Shown: in pieces, positions 39,724 to 48,777 of the stretch
Position numbering within the stretch: position 1 is the stretch's first letter
Layout: each line of letters begins with the position of its first letter
Origin: Candidatus Poribacteria bacterium
Lineage (GTDB): Bacteria > Poribacteria > WGA-4E > JAJDTR01
Assembly: GCA_965208765.1 (NCBI GenBank)
Contig: OZ242354.1
Location: forward strand, 1,058,331-1,122,330
Direction: 5' to 3'
Length of the DNA stretch: 64,000 nucleotides
Position numbers and translations under genes: made by a program
Notes under the pieces: model-generated
What the model saw: the letters and a program-made list of their open reading frames with translations, nothing else
The model's database searches: none
Told to the model about the DNA's origin: nothing

Positions 39724-42700
39724 TCACGAGATGAGCAATCGATTAAATAGTGTTCTCGTGTCTTCGGTAATCTCTTGGTAGTCTTTTAGGAACTGTTCTG
39801 TGGCAGATCGTTCCTGATCGCTATAGCCGACGCGTTTCGCGAGTCTGTCCAGCTCCACAGCTTGATCTGGTAGTGCATCTAACGGGCGGTCATGAACAAT
39901 TCGCAGACTATTTTCCACGCGCCTCAGAAACTCATAGTCTCTAACGAGGTGCTCTTTATCAGAATCCGTTATGACGCCAATCTCGCTCAACTGAGCGATT
40001 GAATCAAGCGTGTTCTGCGAACGTACACTTGGATATTTTGTGCCGTGGATCAATTGAAGCGTCTGAACGGCAAATTCAATGTCAACCAACCCACCATACC
40101 CAGATTTCACATCCTGAGTTCGTTTTCGCTTCCGACGGCGTCTGGTAGTTACATGGCGCGTTGCCTGGGATTCTTTTCGCTGTCGAGTATGTATGATTTC
40201 AGCAACTTCATCCGGAGTCAACGGTTGGCTATAGGCAAAGCAATGTGCAACCTCCAAGAAACGCCTACCAAGACGTTCGTCTCCAGCAACAGGGCGTGCA
40301 CGAATCAATGCCTGACGCTCCCAAGTTTCAGCGTGCTCGTTGTAATAACTCTTATAGCCATCCAGCGGTAGGGCGAGACCGCCGCCCGTTCCATAAGGAC
40401 GCAGCCGCAAGTCAATTTCATATATAGTTCCACTTCCAGTGTCCTTAAATCGGTTAATCAATTCTAGACCGAGTTTTGCAAAATATTCCGCGTTAGAAAG
40501 CCCTTTTGTTGAATTTCCCTCTCCAGAATAGACCATCATTACGTCCAAATCCGAACTGAAGTTCAATTCTCGCCCACCGAACTTTCCCATGCCGATTATA
40601 GTGAAAGTGGCCTCTTCACCATCTTGTGTCAGGGGAATGCCGTATTCCTGCCTAAATTGTCCATTGAGATAGGGATATATACTTGTCAATATAGCTTCCG
40701 CTAAATCGGAGAGTTCTGCCGTAGTCGTCCATAGATCTGCCCGCTTAAGGATGTTTCGCAATCCGATTCGCAGAACCTCGCTGTTTTTGAATTGTCGTAG
40801 CACGTTGAAAACGTGAATATCTGGTGCATTGGAGATTATTTGGGACGCGCTCTCTAGCTTTTCGGCTAGTGTTCGCGGATGTTCCATCACTGCTGATGCC
40901 GTCAATACATCGAAGGATTCCGGGTGGGCTATCAGCAATTCCGAGAGAAATAAGCTGGTACCGCACAATCGAGCCAACATTTCGAGAATAGATGGATTCT
41001 GCTGAAACATTGTATAGTATGAGGCACGTGCACCGACTCTGCTTGTAAATGCTTCAATGTAGCTGAGAGCCATATCGGGATCTGGGGTATGTCGCATACA
41101 GTTCAACAGAGTCGGTGCAATCTCGATGAGTTTTGTACGTACGCCGGGAGAGAATCGTGAGCCTTCAGGCCCCTCGGCCATCAGCTTAATCCGCCACTGC
41201 GCATCACGCGGATTCTCAAATCCGAACGGTTCAAGGATTTGCTTAATCATGCCCAAATCCTTTGTTGAAAGAAGCAGCGATATATCGATATCTTCATCTG
41301 CTTCATATGTTGAGAACACTTTGTCAAAGACTAATCGTACGTCGCGTGTGTGTTTTTCGTAATCTCTTTGAAATGACTCTAGAGCGGAGTTGCCATCGGA
41401 ATCACGATAACCGGAACTCCTTGCAAGTTTATTGAGGTCAGCTTGTTTGGAAGGCAGGCTGTACCGTTGCTGATCAGCTTCAATCTGGATGCGGTGCTCC
41501 ACTGATCGCAGGAACCGATATGCCTCCGAGAGCACTTTCCAATCCTCTTCCCCCAGCAATTTATGTTCGCGTAGTAGCTTAAGTGTTTCGAGCGAATTGC
41601 GATTGCGCAGCGCTGCCGTTGGACCGCCATGAATGAGTTGAAGACACTGGATGATGAACTCAATGTCGCGTATGCCCCCGATTCCTAACTTGACGTGGGT
41701 TTTCGGGTTTTCGTTTTCCGCGATGATTCGCCGTTCGATTCGCGCTTTAGTGTGCAAGATATCCATCTTAATCTCAGAAATCGACAAACCGTCAAGATAT
41801 CGCTGGTACACAAACGGCTGAATGGTCTGGATAAACTGTTTGCCCAATTCTAAATCGCCTGCGACGGTTCGTGCCTTAATCAGTGCCTGGCGCTCCCAAA
41901 TCTCACCCCATCCTTCGTAATAAGCCTCATAACCCTCTAGTGAGCGTACAATGGTACCCACACTGCTCTCTGGACGCAGGCGCACGTCAACTCGGAAAAC
42001 ATAACCGCTTGCAGTAACCTCGCTCATCGCTTTAATGATGAACTCACATAACCTTCCGAAGTATTCACTGTTCTCGACGCCCTTTTCGGTGCGCCCCTCA
42101 TCGGAGTACACAAAGATTACGTCAATGTCAGAACTGAAATTCAACTCGCAACCTCCGAATTTCCCCATTCCGATAATCGCGAAATCACTTACCGTCTTGT
42201 TATCCTCGGCGAATGGAAGTCCATATTTTGGCATGAGTTCTGCCACGCCTATCTCGTAACAGATTTGCAACGTGGCTTCTGCAAGGTGAGTCAACTCTAG
42301 TGTGGTTGTTTCTAGATTTGCATCGTTAAGGAGATCTCGGACTCCAATACGCAAACTCTCTTTTCGCTTATATTTCCGAATTACACTCAACTTCTGTTCA
42401 AGCGAACTAAAGAGCTTTACGGACTGGGAAAGTTCATCATACATGATTTTACGATTCTTTGGAGCATTCATCACGCTGGCGTCAATCAGTTCGTTGAAGT
42501 ATTCTGGGTTGCGCGCTAGAATATCCGAAAGGTAGGAGCTTGAACCGAAGCAGGCCGCGAGAATACGAAGAAGAAAGGGCGCATCATGTAGGAGATTATA
42601 CAACCATGCGCGGTTAGGAATCTCGCCCGCAAACCGATCGAAGTTATTCAGTGCCGCATCCGGATCTGCTGAATCCGCTAGCCTTTTTAACACGACTTCA

Positions 42701-42885
42701 ATGATTTCCGCAAACTCCTCCCGAGATGCCGGCTCTCCGGTCAGATTTTGAAGATTACGATATGCTCTGTCACAGTCTTGAAAGCCGAATTTCTCAAGAA
42801 TCCGATAGGCTTTGTCCTCGGTCAGCGCTGGCGACAAAATTAAGTTTTCAGATGCGGATTGTGCTTTATGGGAATCACTTTTCAT
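39724..42885 (-). CDS. glnE: Bifunctional glutamine synthetase adenylyltransferase/adenylyl-removing enzyme
   Basis: 1053 aa with two nucleotidyltransferase cores (GMGKFGGCELNFSSDIDVIFVY and GMGKFGGRELNFSSDLDVMMVY) and GlnE-type helical domains. Confidence 0.9.
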   Translation of the reverse strand: MKSDSHKAQSASENLILSPALTEDKAYRILEKFGFQDCDRAYRNLQNLTGEPASREEFAEIIEVVLKRLADSADPDAALNNFDRFAGEIPNRAWLYNLLHDAPFLLRILAACFGSSSYLSDILARNPEYFNELIDASVMNAPKNRKIMYDELSQSVKLFSSLEQKLSVIRKYKRKESLRIGVRDLLNDANLETTTLELTHLAEATLQICYEIGVAELMPKYGLPFAEDNKTVSDFAIIGMGKFGGCELNFSSDIDVIFVYSDEGRTEKGVENSEYFGRLCEFIIKAMSEVTASGYVFRVDVRLRPESSVGTIVRSLEGYEAYYEGWGEIWERQALIKARTVAGDLELGKQFIQTIQPFVYQRYLDGLSISEIKMDILHTKARIERRIIAENENPKTHVKLGIGGIRDIEFIIQCLQLIHGGPTAALRNRNSLETLKLLREHKLLGEEDWKVLSEAYRFLRSVEHRIQIEADQQRYSLPSKQADLNKLARSSGYRDSDGNSALESFQRDYEKHTRDVRLVFDKVFSTYEADEDIDISLLLSTKDLGMIKQILEPFGFENPRDAQWRIKLMAEGPEGSRFSPGVRTKLIEIAPTLLNCMRHTPDPDMALSYIEAFTSRVGARASYYTMFQQNPSILEMLARLCGTSLFLSELLIAHPESFDVLTASAVMEHPRTLAEKLESASQIISNAPDIHVFNVLRQFKNSEVLRIGLRNILKRADLWTTTAELSDLAEAILTSIYPYLNGQFRQEYGIPLTQDGEEATFTIIGMGKFGGRELNFSSDLDVMMVYSGEGNSTKGLSNAEYFAKLGLELINRFKDTGSGTIYEIDLRLRPYGTGGGLALPLDGYKSYYNEHAETWERQALIRARPVAGDERLGRRFLEVAHCFAYSQPLTPDEVAEIIHTRQRKESQATRHVTTRRRRKRKRTQDVKSGYGGLVDIEFAVQTLQLIHGTKYPSVRSQNTLDSIAQLSEIGVITDSDKEHLVRDYEFLRRVENSLRIVHDRPLDALPDQAVELDRLAKRVGYSDQERSATEQFLKDYQEITEDTRTLFNRLLIS

Positions 42886-43266
42886 GATGTCAGCTAGTCA
42901 CGATTGGGCTTGTTGAATAAATCTCTCGTGCGGCCATTGAAGCAACTGTTGTGAAGATGGTTGTGGGGAATGATTGTGCTCTTTAGTGCATTGGAATTGC
43001 AAGCGATGACACGCTCATGAAAATGCCTATGGCAAGAAACCTGATACGAATATGCATTGGCTGCTGCCGTAGTGTTACTTCGAGGATCATTATTGACCCA
43101 GCGGCGATTCAAAACCCATGGGCATTCATACGAATAGGCTTAAATATTTTATCATAAGGAGTAATGTAATGGAAATGTCGATTATAGTCCTTGCCTGCTG
43201 CAGTAGCTGCCACCCACGGTCAGCATCGTCGAACCTTGGCCAGCGCGATACTATAGAAGAGAAACG

Positions 43267-44868
43267 TTAGTTTTTCTCGGCATCTGCCGAATCTGCACCT
43301 AGCATTAACTTTCCAAGCTGCGCTTCATGAGTCTGTGAAGCCACGACGATGTCAACGATTTGACCGTTGAACATGACTGCAATCCGATTGCTCAGACTCA
43401 TCAGTTCCTCCAAATCCGGAGAGATTAAAAGAACACCTTTCCCGCGGTTGCGTGCATGATTTAGTTGATCGTGCACAAATCTAGCCGCCTTTAAGTCCAA
43501 TCCTCGTGTAGGGTGCGCTGCGATAATGAACTCCGGTTTGCTCTCCAACTCTCGAGCAACGACGACTTTTTGCTGATTGCCGCCAGAAAGCGTGTGGAGT
43601 GGGGAATCAATGTCTTCGGTGAGGATGTCGTATTTCTCAACTGATGTCCTCGCGAAATGTCGGATAGCGGATGGTTGAAGCAGGCCGCGCTTAGAAAAGG
43701 GCAGCTGATTGTGATTGCCGATTATTAAGTTATCGGCAATCCTACTTGTTAGGTTGACTCCGTGACGGTGGCGGTCCCCTACAAGATGTGCCATGCCTAA
43801 TCGACGAATATCCCGTACAGAACTCTTTGTAATGGATTTACCGCGTAATGTCATTTCACCGCTGTCTATCTCACGCAGCCCGGTAAGAATCTCGACGAGT
43901 TCGTTCTGTCCGTTCCCATCAACACCAGCGATTCCTACGATCTCCCCGCTATAGACTTCAAGAGAAATTTGATTTAGCAGATAGCGGCCACTCTCTGCCT
44001 GAAGGGCAACATCCTTTAATCGGATAATTGGCGGTGGAGGTTTAACTGCCGGCGTTTCTAATTCGGCAGTCCTGGGTTCAAATCTCTCGGCTTTTCCTAT
44101 CGTCGCATGAGGCCTTCCTGCTGGCGCCATTTCCCATATCTTTTCGCCTATCATCAATGCAGACAGCTGAGTAGGGTCGGTTTCGGACTTGGAGAGCGAA
44201 GCTATGGATTTTCCACTGCGCATTACGGTGATGGAATCGGCAATTTCCATCACCTCGCGAAGTTTATGCGTAATCAATACAGCACTCTTGCCTTTATTCT
44301 TCAGGCGGCGAAGGCAATCGAATAGACCGGAAATCTCTTGTGGTGCCAGGACGGCTGTTGGTTCATCGAGGATTAGAACTTCAGCACCGCTATAGAGCGT
44401 TTTGACGATTTCAATGTACTGTTGAGCGGCTATCGGGAGGGATTCGATTCTGGCGTCAAGGTCAAGGTTAAATCCAAGTTGTTGAGCAATAGATGTTATC
44501 GTGTGGCGGGCTTGACTATGATTAGAAAGAAACTTATACTTACGCGGTTCCTTTCCGAGAGAGATGTTATCAAGTACGGTGAGAGCCGGGATGAGTGTGA
44601 AATGTTGTTGCACCATCCCTATACCGAGTCGAATCGCGGTTCGAGGGTTCTCGATTTGGACAGGCACGTTTCGGAAGCATATTGTTCCCGAGTCTGCCTG
44701 ATGGAGTCCATAGAGGACTTTCATCAATGTCGATTTGCCTGCCCCGTTTTCACCAATAATCGCGTGAATTTCCCCGCATTTGAGCGAAAATTCGACACGG
44801 TCATTCGCTACGACGGCTCCAAATCGCTTGGTGATGCCGGACATAGATATTAGTGGGACAGGGATCAT
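43267..44868 (-). CDS. ABC transporter ATP-binding protein with duplicated ATPase domains (CUT2/BMP-type sugar or nucleoside importer)
   Basis: GENGAGKSTLMKVLYG, LILDEPTA, and a second domain with LSGGNQQKVVVAREL. Confidence 0.88.
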   Translation of the reverse strand: MIPVPLISMSGITKRFGAVVANDRVEFSLKCGEIHAIIGENGAGKSTLMKVLYGLHQADSGTICFRNVPVQIENPRTAIRLGIGMVQQHFTLIPALTVLDNISLGKEPRKYKFLSNHSQARHTITSIAQQLGFNLDLDARIESLPIAAQQYIEIVKTLYSGAEVLILDEPTAVLAPQEISGLFDCLRRLKNKGKSAVLITHKLREVMEIADSITVMRSGKSIASLSKSETDPTQLSALMIGEKIWEMAPAGRPHATIGKAERFEPRTAELETPAVKPPPPIIRLKDVALQAESGRYLLNQISLEVYSGEIVGIAGVDGNGQNELVEILTGLREIDSGEMTLRGKSITKSSVRDIRRLGMAHLVGDRHRHGVNLTSRIADNLIIGNHNQLPFSKRGLLQPSAIRHFARTSVEKYDILTEDIDSPLHTLSGGNQQKVVVARELESKPEFIIAAHPTRGLDLKAARFVHDQLNHARNRGKGVLLISPDLEELMSLSNRIAVMFNGQIVDIVVASQTHEAQLGKLMLGADSADAEKN

Positions 44869-44943
44869 CGAAAGAAGCCTTTAGGGACAAGGGAGGCGTT
44901 TTAGAAAGGTATGCGATCAATGCCGTACAGTTTGGCCTTAGGA

Positions 44944-45939
44944 TTAATTCCTCTCCGACGGAACGATTATTTTGCCGGCTATGATCTTGGCTTTGAGATT
45001 CTCAACTCGACTCAGCAATCCATCTGGCAGGAGGCTGCGGTTGTTTTCGTCGACTATATATTGAATTCCACCCTCCTTAAGTCCATAGATCTTGGTTCCA
45101 CCCGTAAAATTGTCCTCTACGACGCTCTGAATTGTTTGATAGACGGCAAGTTCAACTCCCTTTATCATGCTTGTTAGAACGAGCCCTCGGGCGAGATGAT
45201 TTCCGTTAGCATCCACCCAAATAATGAACCTACATTTTTCTTTGGCTGCTTCGAGTATCCCCAAACTAGTGGCCCCTGCTGCCGCAAGAATCACGTCAGC
45301 TCCTTTGTTGTATTGAGCGAGTGCGAGTTCCTTTCCTCTCGCGGGATCGCTGAACGCTTGTGGTGTCACACCAGCGTAGTCAACAATGACTTCAATCTCA
45401 GGGTGTATCGCTTTCGCACCTGCACGGTATCCTGCCTCAAAGCTGTGCAAGAGTGGGACATTCATTCCACCAACAAAGCCGATTTTGTTGGTGTTTGTCT
45501 TCATCGCAGCGATTGCGCCGACAAGGAATGTGCCTTCATGCGCTTTAAAGAGCAAAGATACAACATTTGGAACCTTCACTTCTACATCGACGACTGCAAA
45601 ATTAGTTTCAGGAAAGTCCGCAGCCACTCGAGTCATGGGATGTTGAAAAAGGAAGCCTACGCCAATTATGAGATCGTATTTCAGTCGCGCAAGTTGCCTT
45701 AACACCCGCTCGATGTCCGTGCTTTGACCGGGAGTGATCTCCTTTAGCTCAAGCTCCCACTGTTCGGCGGCTTTTTTCGCCCCGGCATAGGAAGCGTCGC
45801 AGAAAGATAAATCGCCGCGTCCCCCAGTATCATAGACTAACCCAACCCTTATTGGATCGGCACTAACATGATTCCAATTACCGAGTGCCAGGAAGATGAT
45901 AATAACAAAGGTACGAATGCAGTATTGACTATCATGCAT
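44944..45939 (-). CDS. BMP-family (Med/PnrA-like) ABC substrate-binding protein
   Basis: IRVGLVYDTGGRGDLSFCDASYAGAKKA... is typical of the BMP family. Start chosen at MHDSQYCIRTFVIIIFLALG (signal peptide) inside track ORF 44944..46062. Confidence 0.8.
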   Translation of the reverse strand: MHDSQYCIRTFVIIIFLALGNWNHVSADPIRVGLVYDTGGRGDLSFCDASYAGAKKAAEQWELELKEITPGQSTDIERVLRQLARLKYDLIIGVGFLFQHPMTRVAADFPETNFAVVDVEVKVPNVVSLLFKAHEGTFLVGAIAAMKTNTNKIGFVGGMNVPLLHSFEAGYRAGAKAIHPEIEVIVDYAGVTPQAFSDPARGKELALAQYNKGADVILAAAGATSLGILEAAKEKCRFIIWVDANGNHLARGLVLTSMIKGVELAVYQTIQSVVEDNFTGGTKIYGLKEGGIQYIVDENNRSLLPDGLLSRVENLKAKIIAGKIIVPSERN

Positions 45940-45976
45940 AGCAAGATCTACCCCTACGTGTGCAATCAGAGGAAAA

Positions 45977-46627
45977 TTACAGGTCAGGATTCTCCTCCGA
46001 AGTCCTTTGATCTTTGTCAAACATCCGGTAGATAGTGAAACGATCTGGAGCGACCACACCACCCGAAACCAGCATTTTCATTGCCGTTTCAGGCTTCAGG
46101 TCCGTTTCGCGCAGGATATCCGAATCGCAGAAAAGCAACACCCCGGTTGTGGGGTTTGGACTCGTCGGAACAAAAACCGAAGTAAGAGGCTCGGGATTCT
46201 CTGCCTCGTACATCTGACCGGTGACAAATCCAAGAACCCGCATGCTTCTATTAGGCGACTCAATAGCTACGACACGCTTAAATTGGTTGGAGTGTTCCGG
46301 GCCCAAGACCATCTGCACAAGCTGCCGAACGGGCGCGTAGACATCCCGTACCAGGGGAATACGGTTTAGAACCTTCTCTCCGAGGCCAATCACCTTTCTA
46401 CCGACGAAATTGGAGACAACCACTCCTGTAAGGTAAACGAGCAGGATTGTCGCCAATAATCCCATACCCGTGACATACTGTTCGCCAAGGATGCGTGAAA
46501 CAACCGGCGCTAACCATCCATCAAGTGTGGTAAATAGGAATCGTAAAACGAAATACGTTACGCCAAGCGGTACAAGGGTTAGGATTCCTGCAAGCAGTGT
46601 GCTCTTAAAGTGAGTTTTTACATTCAT
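45977..46627 (-). CDS. DUF502-family membrane protein
   Basis: LLAGILTLVPLGVTYFVLRFLFTTLDGWLAPVV... is a characteristic DUF502 N-terminus. Start chosen at MNVKTHFKS; the longer track ORF (to 46816) adds a non-conserved-looking extension. Confidence 0.7.
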   Translation of the reverse strand: MNVKTHFKSTLLAGILTLVPLGVTYFVLRFLFTTLDGWLAPVVSRILGEQYVTGMGLLATILLVYLTGVVVSNFVGRKVIGLGEKVLNRIPLVRDVYAPVRQLVQMVLGPEHSNQFKRVVAIESPNRSMRVLGFVTGQMYEAENPEPLTSVFVPTSPNPTTGVLLFCDSDILRETDLKPETAMKMLVSGGVVAPDRFTIYRMFDKDQRTSEENPDL

Positions 46628-47020
46628 GTATTCTGTTATAGCTTGAGTGACGCGCTGAGAAGATGTGGGGTGAAATAGACGGTGGGATGTTTTGATGAAT
46701 CCGCTAGGAGAATGATAGCACACAATCATGGCGGCGTCAACCTGTTTGCCCGAAGCTTTGCTACTGGATAATAGGCAAGTCCCACATGAAGGTTGACTTT
46801 TTGGAGTCCGTGACATATCATGTTTGAACGCTTGTGGTGGACTTTAGCCGCACAGAAATGGTAGTAGGAAACGAAAATGCAGCTTCCCTTTTTTCTGGTA
46901 TCAGTGGGTTTGTTTCTGGTGGCGGAATGCAGTCTTCACGAATCACTTTCGGCTATGCACATTGCGATTCTTTCAGGTCGCTAATATGTGGAGAAGAGAA
47001 TCTGTGTCTTTAACATTTTA

Positions 47021-47212
47021 GTATCTGTTTAGTTCGGTCCAAACAAAGAGAAAAAACTGGTCCAGTATTAATTCGGGGCTGATCGTTGGTAGGAGGAGCA
47101 TCCCTCTGTGGGAAGGGCATCCTTGCCTCGACACTGATTATGGCGGACGCGCAATGAATTGCGCTACTACAAGCCGACATCGGGGATATAGATCAATGAA
47201 CTAAACAGTTAC
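47021..47212. mobile_element. 192-bp MITE-like element (second family) with 15-bp TIRs and an 8-bp target-site duplication
   Basis: Left terminus GTATCTGTTTAGTTC (47021..47035). Right terminus GAACTAAACAGTTAC (47198..47212). Termini match 14/15 as reverse complements. Flanked by a perfect direct repeat ACATTTTA at 47013..47020 and 47213..47220. Confidence 0.7.
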
Positions 47213-47328
47213 ACATTTTACGAATCGCGGAACGAGTTGGTAACTTCCAGATGTTGCCATATCGTTCCTAGTTCGATCTGAAAACCGGCGCGTTTTCGTC
47301 AAAACCAAACTACGAGGACCAACGAAAT

Positions 47329-48777
47329 ATGGCATATTCAAGCCTAAGAGATTTTGTTAAGAAGTTAGAGAATGCTGGCGAGCTGAAACGAATAAAGACC
47401 AAAGTATCCCCCGACCTTGAAGTCACGGAGATTACTGACAGGGTGAGCAAATCAGAAGGACCGGCGTTACTGTTCGAGAATGTAGAGGGGAGTGAAATGC
47501 CGCTCCTAATAAACGCTTTCGGATCATACCGCCGAATGGCAATGGCGCTCGGAGTAGGGGCGCTGGATGAAGTCGCCGATGAACTTGAGAGTATGATTAA
47601 GCTGAGTGCACCGGAGTCACTCCTTGATAAGGTAAAGGTTCTTGGTGTTCTTGCCAAGTTAACCAACTTTCCACCCAAGACTGTAAAACGGGGGGCGTGT
47701 CAGGAGGTAGTATTGACGGACGATGAGGTATCGCTGGCAGTCTTGCCAATTATCAAGTGTTGGCCCTTTGATGCGGACAAGTACATTACACTTCCTCAGG
47801 TTTTTACGCACAGTCTGAAGACAGGGCAGCGCAACGTCGGAACCTACCGCCTACAGAGGCTTGACGATCAAACGCTCGCAATGCACTGGCAGATTCATCA
47901 CGATGGCGCCGCACACTTTCGTGAATACCACCAAGCAGGCGAACGAATGCCGGTCGCGGTTGCTATCGGTGGGGATCCTGTGATGTCGTATATTGGAACT
48001 GCTCCGCTGCCGACGGGGATTGATGAGCTACTTTTTGCGGGTTTTCTACGAAAATCAAATGTGCCGATGGTTCAGTGTAAAACCATTGACATGAGCGTAC
48101 CTGCTGACGCTGATGTTGTTCTTGAAGGATATATTGAGCCCGATGAAACCTGTGTTGAAGGTCCTTTCGGAGATCATACCGGATTCTATTCTCTTGCGGA
48201 TGAATATCCCGTGTTTCACCTCACTGCCATCACTCACCGGAAGAGCCCTATATATCAAACGATTATTGTTGGCAAACCGCCGATGGAAGATTGCTATATG
48301 GGAAAAGCCACCGAGCGTATCTTTCTCCCCTTGATTCGGACGCAACTGCCGGAGGTCGTGGATATGAATCTTCCGCTTTTCGGTGTGTTTCATAACTTTT
48401 GCCTTATTTCAATAGATAAGCGCTATCCATTCCATGCCAAGAAGATAATGCATAGCATCTGGGGACTTGGACAACTCATGTTCAGTAAGACGGTAATTGT
48501 TGTTGATAAGCATGTAGATGTGCAAAATGTGGAGGAGGTCTTCTTTTACGTTGGGAGTAATGTCGACGCAAAGCGGGATGTGACCATTGTCGAGGGGCCG
48601 GTGGATGTGTTGGACCATGCCGCACCACTTATCGGCGCGGGATCCAAAATGGGTATTGACGCAACAGCGAAGTGGCGAGAAGAAGGGTACCAACGCGATT
48701 GGCCCGAAGAAATTGAGATGTCGCAAGAGACCAAAGACTTGGTTACTAACCGTTGGAAGTCGTATGGACTCGGGTAA
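47329..48777 (+). CDS. UbiD-family (prenylated-FMN dependent) decarboxylase
   Basis: MAYSSLRDFVKKLENAGELKRIKTKVSPDLEVTEITDR...GPALLFENVEGS... is a full-length UbiD pattern. It could serve ubiquinone or menaquinone (futalosine) synthesis. Confidence 0.85.
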   Translation: MAYSSLRDFVKKLENAGELKRIKTKVSPDLEVTEITDRVSKSEGPALLFENVEGSEMPLLINAFGSYRRMAMALGVGALDEVADELESMIKLSAPESLLDKVKVLGVLAKLTNFPPKTVKRGACQEVVLTDDEVSLAVLPIIKCWPFDADKYITLPQVFTHSLKTGQRNVGTYRLQRLDDQTLAMHWQIHHDGAAHFREYHQAGERMPVAVAIGGDPVMSYIGTAPLPTGIDELLFAGFLRKSNVPMVQCKTIDMSVPADADVVLEGYIEPDETCVEGPFGDHTGFYSLADEYPVFHLTAITHRKSPIYQTIIVGKPPMEDCYMGKATERIFLPLIRTQLPEVVDMNLPLFGVFHNFCLISIDKRYPFHAKKIMHSIWGLGQLMFSKTVIVVDKHVDVQNVEEVFFYVGSNVDAKRDVTIVEGPVDVLDHAAPLIGAGSKMGIDATAKWREEGYQRDWPEEIEMSQETKDLVTNRWKSYGLG

